From: an uncultured bacterium
Lineage (GTDB): Bacteria > Bacillota_I > Bacilli_A > RF39 > UBA660
DNA: 64,000 nucleotides
Assembly: GCA_949296605.1 (NCBI GenBank)
Contig: CASFPB010000039.1
Span: 7,766-71,765, forward strand
Direction of reading: 5' to 3'
The notes beneath the pieces were generated by a model. It saw only the letters and a program-made list of their open reading frames with translations, was not told the DNA's origin and did not search any database. Positions 20,153-26,093 of the stretch are shown piece by piece. Within the stretch, counting starts at the first letter, position 1. Every line of letters starts with the position of its first letter. Both the position numbers and the translations under genes were made by a program.

Positions 20153-20207
20153 ATATTTACCTGTATTATAAAAGGATTTTTAATAAAATGGAGGAAATTT
20201 AAAAAAT

Positions 20208-20273
20208 ATGAATATAATAGAATATAAAAATTGTAATTGTTGTATATGTAAAAATGTAAATAAAATTACATAA
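20208..20273 (+). CDS. Candidate 21-codon Cys-rich leader peptide upstream of cysK
   Basis: MNIIEYKNCNCCICKNVNKIT has 4 Cys codons within 6 codons (20232-20249). ggagga lies 12 nt upstream. The stop is 3 nt before a segment that can pair with the terminator 5' arm. Confidence 0.4.
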   Translation: MNIIEYKNCNCCICKNVNKIT

Positions 20274-20304
20274 ATTTTCATATGAACTAAAATAACTGAA
20301 CATT

Positions 20305-20343
20305 AAACTTCATATTATAGTTTGTATGATATGAAGTTTTTTT
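20305..20343 (+). terminator. Intrinsic terminator (putative attenuator) in the cysK leader
   Basis: About 20-bp stem aaacttcatattata / tatgatatgaagttt (one U-G pair), 5-nt loop gtttg, then a T-run. It lies 30 nt upstream of the cysK ATG. Confidence 0.7.
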
Positions 20344-20372
20344 ATGTCAAAGCAAATGAAAAGAGGTAAAAA

Positions 20373-21317
20373 ATGATAGATAATATAATTGGAAATACCC
20401 CAATGGTTAAAATTAAATATGAATATAACAAAAATATAAAAAATATATATGCAAAACTAGAATATTATAATTACACCGGTAGTATAAAAGATAGGTTAGC
20501 TTTGTATATTTTAACTGAATCAAAACGGATGGGATTATTAAAAGATAATCAAATTATTGTTGAAGCAACGAGCGGTAATACTGGAATTAGCTTTGCGGCA
20601 TTAGGGGGTTATTTTGGGCATGAAGTTCATATTTTTATGCCAACAAGTGTAAGCGTAGAAAGAAGAAAATTAATAGAACTATATGGAGCAAAGTTACATT
20701 TAATTGATGCTGGATTTAAAGATACAATAAAAGAAGCTGACTTGTATGCTAGAAAAAATAATGCATTTAGGCCGAATCAATTTAGTAATATAATGAATAT
20801 AAATGCCCACTATTATGGAATAGGAGAAGAAATAATAAACAAATCTTTAAATATAAATGGATTTGTTAGTGGAATAGGAACTGGCGGAACACTAATGGGA
20901 GTAGGAAAAAGACTAAAAGAATATAATAAAACAATAAAAATAATAGCATTAGAGCCTAAAACTATGCCATTATTAAGTGAAGGAATAATAATTGGCCCAC
21001 ATAAAATTGAAGGAATAGGAGACGACTTCATACCAAAATTAGTTGATAAAAGCTTAATTGATGAAGTAATACTTATAGATGATGAAGATGCAATTAATAT
21101 GAGTAGAATATTATCTCAAAAATATGGCTTAGGAGTTGGAATATCAAGTGGTGCAAATTTTTTAGCAGGGGCAATTAGTGAACTAGATAACTTAGTTACT
21201 GTTTTTGCAGATGACTCAAAAAAATATTTATCTACAGATTTGATAAAACCTATAAATAATGATAAAAATTTAATTTCAAATAATATAAAAATAATCAATA
21301 TAGAATTTATTAAATAA
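20373..21317 (+). CDS. cysK: Cysteine synthase A (O-acetylserine sulfhydrylase)
   Basis: PLP-lysine motif GSIKDR, ATSGNTGISFA and GIGTGGTLMGVG. Confidence 0.9.
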   Translation: MIDNIIGNTPMVKIKYEYNKNIKNIYAKLEYYNYTGSIKDRLALYILTESKRMGLLKDNQIIVEATSGNTGISFAALGGYFGHEVHIFMPTSVSVERRKLIELYGAKLHLIDAGFKDTIKEADLYARKNNAFRPNQFSNIMNINAHYYGIGEEIINKSLNINGFVSGIGTGGTLMGVGKRLKEYNKTIKIIALEPKTMPLLSEGIIIGPHKIEGIGDDFIPKLVDKSLIDEVILIDDEDAINMSRILSQKYGLGVGISSGANFLAGAISELDNLVTVFADDSKKYLSTDLIKPINNDKNLISNNIKIINIEFIK

Positions 21318-21404
21318 AATAAAAAAAGATAACTAAAAAGTAAATAACCGAAAAGTGTTCATTTGACTATATCTTGCATATATTTAATTAGGAAGGTGAT
21401 TTAC

Positions 21405-21941
21405 GTGTCTAGTTATAAAGAAATAGTTACAAAAGCAGTAATAGGTAAAGCTAAAAAGACCAGTAGCAATAAATTTTCTTTAACCCCAGAAGAAATTCCA
21501 AATACTGTTTTAGGTTGTTGGGTAATTAATCACAAATTTAATGGCAGTAAGAATGCTAAAGGAAGTGTTTTAGTTAATGGTTCATTTGATGTAAATGTTT
21601 GGTATTCATATGACTCTGATAAAAAGACTGCTGTAACAACTCAAACTTTTACTTATAGTGATGTTATGAATGTTCCACTTAAAGAAGATCGCAATATGCA
21701 AGATGCATCAGAAATAATTGTTAGATGCTTAAAACAACCCACAGTTTCCAATGTAAAAATAGAAAATAATGTTGTAAGCCTAGATGTCGAAAAAGAAATG
21801 GGTGTAGAAATTGTAGGGGATACAAAAGTGAAAGTTAGTGTGGAAGAAGACGAAGATGATTATGAAGAAATTTTTGATGAACAAGAACTTGATGAAATTA
21901 AAGACATAAACGAAAATTATTTAAATGAAGCATCCGAATGA
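21405..21941 (+). CDS. cotE: Spore coat morphogenetic protein CotE
   Basis: GTG at 21405 follows RBS ggaaggtga. SSYKEIVTKAVIGKAKK...GCWVINHKF...DVNVWYSY...VEIVGDTKVKV plus an acidic tail is colinear with B. subtilis CotE as I recall it. Confidence 0.8.
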   Translation: MSSYKEIVTKAVIGKAKKTSSNKFSLTPEEIPNTVLGCWVINHKFNGSKNAKGSVLVNGSFDVNVWYSYDSDKKTAVTTQTFTYSDVMNVPLKEDRNMQDASEIIVRCLKQPTVSNVKIENNVVSLDVEKEMGVEIVGDTKVKVSVEEDEDDYEEIFDEQELDEIKDINENYLNEASE

Positions 21942-21951
21942 TGCTTTTTTT
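21930..21951 (+). terminator. Intrinsic terminator after cotE
   Basis: Stem gcatc/gatgc (overlapping the stop codon) followed by a 7-T run. Confidence 0.5.
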
Positions 21952-21984
21952 AATAAAAATCAAACAAGAGTCAACATAAATTAG

Positions 21985-22013
21985 TTGACATACTAAATTT
22001 AATATAGTAATAT
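21985..22013 (+). promoter_or_regulatory. SigA-type promoter of rpsP-khpA
   Basis: Consensus TTGACA (21985-21990), 17-nt spacer, taatat (22008-22013). Confidence 0.65.
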
Positions 22014-22038
22014 GTTTATAGGAAGTGAGGAGAGAAAA

Positions 22039-22317
22039 ATGGCTGTAAAGTTAAGATTAAAAAGAATGGGAGCTAAACAAAAACCTTTTTATCGTATAGT
22101 TGCTGCTGATTCAAGAAGTCCAAGAGATGGAAGATTTATCGAAACTGTTGGAACTTATAATCCAATTGCAAAACCAGCAGAAATAAAAATTAACAAAGAA
22201 GTTGCTTTAAAATGGTTAAATAATGGTGCACAACCAACTGATACAGTAAAAGCAATATTTAAAAACGAAGGTATAATGAAAGAATTTGCTGATTCAAAAG
22301 TAAAAAAAGGTAACTAA
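22039..22317 (+). CDS. rpsP: 30S ribosomal protein S16
   Basis: [38 protein letters not shown] gtgaggag lies upstream. The track start 22012 lies inside the promoter -10. Confidence 0.92.
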   Translation: MAVKLRLKRMGAKQKPFYRIVAADSRSPRDGRFIETVGTYNPIAKPAEIKINKEVALKWLNNGAQPTDTVKAIFKNEGIMKEFADSKVKKGN

Positions 22318-22319
22318 AT

Positions 22320-22565
22320 ATGAATGTAGTAGAATACACAGAATTTTTAGTGAAAGAATTAGTAAAAGATCCTGAATCTATTAAAGTAGAATGCTTTGAA
22401 TCTGATGAAGATACAAAAATAATTGAAATAATAGTTTCTGAAAATGATATGAAAAATATCATAGGTAAAAATGGAAAAAATGCATCAGCATTAAGAACAA
22501 TAATTCAAGCCTTTGCTTATGTAAAAGGAATGAAAAAATTAAAAATTAACATCGATTCATATTAA
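22320..22565 (+). CDS. khpA: KH-domain RNA-binding protein (YlqC/KhpA)
   Basis: 81-aa protein with the KH motif IIGKNGKNASALRTI. Conserved position directly after rpsP. Confidence 0.8.
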   Translation: MNVVEYTEFLVKELVKDPESIKVECFESDEDTKIIEIIVSENDMKNIIGKNGKNASALRTIIQAFAYVKGMKKLKINIDSY

Positions 22566-22584
22566 ATGCTTAAAAGCATTTTTT
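22564..22584 (+). terminator. Intrinsic terminator closing the rpsP-khpA operon
   Basis: Stem aaatgct(22564-22570)/agcattt(22575-22581), loop taaa, then a T-run. Confidence 0.7.
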
Positions 22585-22610
22585 ATTTTGCCCAAAAGTA
22601 AAGGTTAATA

Positions 22611-22639
22611 TTTAAAAAGATTTCTTATTGTGTTAAAAT
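22611..22639 (+). promoter_or_regulatory. Candidate extended -10 promoter for the giant-repeat operon
   Basis: tttaaa (22611-22616), 17-nt spacer, tgtgt-taaaat (TRTGn + TAAAAT, 22634-22639). It lies 35 nt upstream of the ATG at 22674. Confidence 0.35.
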
Positions 22640-22673
22640 AATAACCATTGACTTATTGTGAAAGGAATATAAA

Positions 22674-25600
22674 ATGGAACAAATATTTTGGGATAACTTC
22701 AAAAATACAGATAAATTATTAATTTTAGATTATGTAGGTAGGCTGCCACTGATATACCAAAAAGCATTACAGGATTGCTATGGTGAAGATTATAATGAAT
22801 TATTAAAAAAGGGAGTTAAACTTATTGATGCCAAAAAAGCTATAAAAAAAATTAATTATTTAATTAATAATCCTAATTATTATGTGCGTGCAACAAATTA
22901 TAATTCAGCTAAAAATTTAAATGGAGAAATAACAGTAAGTGGTGGTAAGCAAAAAGAAGTATATTTAAAAGAAAAAATAAATTGTGATGAAAGCATTTTA
23001 AAAAGAATATCAATAATTTTTAGATTAAATCCAGAATTTAAAATTTTGTATAAATATTTCGGTATAAATTTAGACAAAAGTATTGATGAATTTGAATTGC
23101 CAAGAGAAGATTATGAAACATTAAAAAAACTTTATAAGAATCTTAATGATTTTATAAGTAATAAATCAATTTTAATAAGAAACATTTTAGGTTTAACATA
23201 TAGTGAATTTGTATCTTATTTTGAAAAAGAATTAACGACAAATCCAAAATTAAAAAAATTAAAAAAGCTATGTAAAAAGACCATAATTACTGAGCCTATA
23301 AACTTATTGGATATAGATGATAAAACATTTTTAAGTATAATTAAATGTATTTATTGTTTAAAACCAAATATATTAGTGAATCAAATACTTGCAAATAATA
23401 AATTTAATATTACGTTACAAGAGTTCTTAGATGCAAATGAAAAAGAAATGGATTTTATATTATCCAAAAATGAAAATACTGATGTAGGTAACACTTTAAA
23501 AAATTTATGGCAAGACGATTACACAAAATTATGTATTGATAAAAATAATGATTCTATAAACGAATTAGTAACGATATTAAATGTTCTAATTAATGATTTA
23601 TTTTCATATAGATATTTAATTAAAGTTAAAACATTACAAGAAATATTGGAAGCAACAGAAGAAGAAATAGATTTTTTAAAAAATAATTTATCAAAAGAAA
23701 CATCTTCATATAAAATTATTTCAAAAGTATTTGGAAGTAACTTTAGAGGAACAAATGAGTTAAGATATATGTTGCATGGCAAAGATAATGAAGCATATCA
23801 TAATGCATTATTAAATTTGAAATTAAAACTAAGTAATTATAGAAATGGAAAATCTAGAAAATTTAAAACATTACAAGAATTATTAGGGGCATCAGAAGAA
23901 GAAATAGATTTTTTAAAAAAATATATTAATGATAATTATGAAAAATTTGCTATTATTATTAAAGTCTTTGGGAAAGAATTAAATGGGACAAATGAATTTT
24001 ATAAATATTTAAGCGCCGAAGAAAAAGTAGCATATTCTGAAAAAATTCATATTTTAAGAATAAATTTACAAAAGTTTAGAACAGGAAAATTACATGAATA
24101 TAAAAAATTAAAAGATATATTAAATGTATCAGAAGAAGAAATAGAACACATAAAAAAATACTATCCTAAAACAACAAAAGGCTATCAAATTTTATTAAAA
24201 GTATTTGGAGAAAATTTGGATAATGATGACTCATTATACTGTAATTTATTAGACAAAGAAAAAAATTTATATCGATATACATTGCAAGCTTTAAATATGT
24301 TTTTAAAAGATGGCATTAAAAAATATAAAACTTTACAAGAAATACTTGAAGCAACAGAAGAAGAAATGGAATTTTTAAAACAAAAATATCCTAAAAATAC
24401 AAAAAATTATATTTTGCTTATAAAAGTATTTGGAAATAATTTTGAAAATTCAAATTATAATTATGACAAACTAAATGGGGACGAAAAGAAAAAATACAGA
24501 AGTGCTTTAAAATCAATAAGGAAATTTTTAGAAAAACATAGAAAAAATTTAATAAAAAATGGTAAAACATTAGCCGAAATAATAAAAATATCACCAGAAG
24601 AAATTGAATATATAAAACAACAATATCCTAAAAATACAAAAAACTATAAAATTATAGTTAAGGTATTTGGCATAGAATTAAAGGACACAAATAAAAAATT
24701 AAATTATTTAACCAACGAAGAAAGAAAAACCTACTATAACGCTCTAAATTGCTTAAAAAGATTTATTAAAAGAAGTGAAACAAAGTGTAAACCTAAAACT
24801 TTACAAGAGTTATTAAATGCAACAGAAAAAGAAATAGATTTTTTAAATAAAAAAATATCTAAAAAAACAAAGACTTATACTATATTATCAAAAGTATTTG
24901 GTAATGATTTTAAAAAAACAAATGAATGTTATGATAGTTTAACAACACTAGAAAAAAGAACTTTTTCACAGACAATAATAAGATTAAAAAGCCTTTTAGA
25001 AAAATACAGAGAAACAAAGAAATTTGATTTTAAAACACTTTCCCAAATATTAGGCGCGACAAAAGAAGAAATAGAATTTTTGATGGATGAAACAGATAAA
25101 AGTTCAAAAATTTACAAAGTGATTTTAAAAGTATTTGGAGAGGATTTTGAAGGAACTAACGAAAAGAAGTTTTTATTAAATAATGAAGAAAAAAAGACAT
25201 ATAATAATGCAATATCATCATTAAAAGCTAGATTAAAAAATTATAGGAAAAATAAAAATATTAAATATAAAACTTTACAAGAAATACTTGAAGCAACAGA
25301 AGAAGAAATAGACTTTTTAAGTGAAATTACTCCTAAAAAAACTAAAAATTATGTTGTTCTTGTTAAAGTTTTTGGAGAAAGTTTTAAAGGAACAAATGAA
25401 CTATGTGAACAACTAACTGATGAAGAGAAGGTAACTTATTTTGCAGCAATAAAATCATTATCAGTAAGGCTAAAAAAATATCGTGACAATGGAAAAGATT
25501 ATAAAACCTTGCAAGAAATACTAAATGCAACAGATGAAGAAATAGAATATCTAAATGAAATTTATCCACAAAATACAAGAAGTTATCAATTTTTGGTAAG

Positions 25601-26081
25601 TATGTTTGGAATTGATTTTAGAAATATAGGAAATTTGAATAAATTATCTAGTGAAGCAAATATGTTGTTAAATGATACGATAGCAATATTACAAACATAT
25701 TTATGTATGCAAAGAGAAAATACGAAAGATGGAAATTTACAACAAATCGAAACAGAAGGCCCTGTTGAAATTTTAACAAGTAAAGAATATACAACGGTGG
25801 AAACACCATTTAAACATCCATTTTTTAAAGAATTTTTAATATTACTACCTATTGAATATCAATATATTACAGCATTAAGATTAGGTTTAGTATATGATGA
25901 AAAAATTCATTCCATTGAAGAATTAGCGGAAATATTTAATATTGATATTGAAACCGCAAGAAAAAGATGTTTAAAAGGAATAAACATATTTATATTAATA
26001 ATTGAAAAATATAAAGAATTGTATAATCAAAACATCCCCAATATTGATGCGCTAATAGAAAACATAAAATTAGTTTTATAG
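22674..26081 (+). CDS. Giant helical-repeat protein (1135 aa), sigma-less paralog: FW-x-NF linker module, degenerate repeats, 9 clear ~75-79 aa repeats, C-terminal sigma-region-4-like HTH
   Basis: Uninterrupted 3.4-kb ORF with RBS aaagga. The repeat consensus is KTLQEILxATEEEIxFLK..Y.IL.KVFG..F..TN.....L..EEK..Y..A...L...L..YR. The C-terminus reads TPFKHPFFKEFLILLPIEYQYITALRLGLVYDEKIHSIEELAEIFNIDIETARKRCLKGI. Confidence 0.85.
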   Translation: MEQIFWDNFKNTDKLLILDYVGRLPLIYQKALQDCYGEDYNELLKKGVKLIDAKKAIKKINYLINNPNYYVRATNYNSAKNLNGEITVSGGKQKEVYLKEKINCDESILKRISIIFRLNPEFKILYKYFGINLDKSIDEFELPREDYETLKKLYKNLNDFISNKSILIRNILGLTYSEFVSYFEKELTTNPKLKKLKKLCKKTIITEPINLLDIDDKTFLSIIKCIYCLKPNILVNQILANNKFNITLQEFLDANEKEMDFILSKNENTDVGNTLKNLWQDDYTKLCIDKNNDSINELVTILNVLINDLFSYRYLIKVKTLQEILEATEEEIDFLKNNLSKETSSYKIISKVFGSNFRGTNELRYMLHGKDNEAYHNALLNLKLKLSNYRNGKSRKFKTLQELLGASEEEIDFLKKYINDNYEKFAIIIKVFGKELNGTNEFYKYLSAEEKVAYSEKIHILRINLQKFRTGKLHEYKKLKDILNVSEEEIEHIKKYYPKTTKGYQILLKVFGENLDNDDSLYCNLLDKEKNLYRYTLQALNMFLKDGIKKYKTLQEILEATEEEMEFLKQKYPKNTKNYILLIKVFGNNFENSNYNYDKLNGDEKKKYRSALKSIRKFLEKHRKNLIKNGKTLAEIIKISPEEIEYIKQQYPKNTKNYKIIVKVFGIELKDTNKKLNYLTNEERKTYYNALNCLKRFIKRSETKCKPKTLQELLNATEKEIDFLNKKISKKTKTYTILSKVFGNDFKKTNECYDSLTTLEKRTFSQTIIRLKSLLEKYRETKKFDFKTLSQILGATKEEIEFLMDETDKSSKIYKVILKVFGEDFEGTNEKKFLLNNEEKKTYNNAISSLKARLKNYRKNKNIKYKTLQEILEATEEEIDFLSEITPKKTKNYVVLVKVFGESFKGTNELCEQLTDEEKVTYFAAIKSLSVRLKKYRDNGKDYKTLQEILNATDEEIEYLNEIYPQNTRSYQFLVSMFGIDFRNIGNLNKLSSEANMLLNDTIAILQTYLCMQRENTKDGNLQQIETEGPVEILTSKEYTTVETPFKHPFFKEFLILLPIEYQYITALRLGLVYDEKIHSIEELAEIFNIDIETARKRCLKGINIFILIIEKYKELYNQNIPNIDALIENIKLVL
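23628..25740 (+). repeat. Nine in-frame tandem coding repeats, period 225-237 nt
   Basis: Unit starts (K-T-L codons) fall at 23628, 23865, 24102, 24327, 24564, 24795, 25032, 25269 and 25503. A 47-nt perfect direct repeat occurs at 24321-24367 and 25263-25309. Confidence 0.9.
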
Positions 26082-26093
26082 AAAGGAGGATAA

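Noticed and set aside
20188-20202. A 4-codon mini-ORF, ATG GAG GAA ATT TAA, just upstream of the Cys-rich leader ORF.
   Set aside because: Its ATG is part of the ggagga Shine-Dalgarno-like sequence, so it is too short and more plausibly just the RBS region of the leader peptide.
20033-20372. T-box, S-box (SAM) or other known riboswitch upstream of cysK.
   Set aside because: There is no T-box core (…GGTGGTACCGCG-like) and no specifier-loop features. There are also none of the GC-rich conserved helices of SAM riboswitches. The leader is almost pure A/T apart from the terminator, so a leader-peptide model fits better but remains unproven.
22012-22038. Track start codons that extend rpsP (22012) and the 619-aa ORF (46514) upstream.
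   Set aside because: The extensions overlap the predicted -10/-35 promoter elements and lack RBSs. Internal ATGs (22039 and 46592) have good RBSs, and for S16 the internal start gives the canonical [10 protein letters not shown]-terminus.
22631-22639. The identical 9-mer tgttaaaat upstream of the first giant gene (22631), the third giant gene (30439) and the 595-aa gene (55270), considered as a possible dedicated regulon motif.
   Set aside because: It is simply a TRTGn-extended -10 element (TGnTAAAAT) at promoter-appropriate distance. Such elements are common for sigma-A promoters in low-GC Firmicutes, so no special regulon is implied.
23628-25740. Regularly spaced ~40-nt conserved DNA blocks every 225-237 nt, which superficially resemble a repeat-spacer (CRISPR-like) array.
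   Set aside because: The periodicity is in frame within one long ORF. The 'spacers' encode the conserved remainder of a protein repeat. The block spacing is far longer than CRISPR units, and no cas genes are present.
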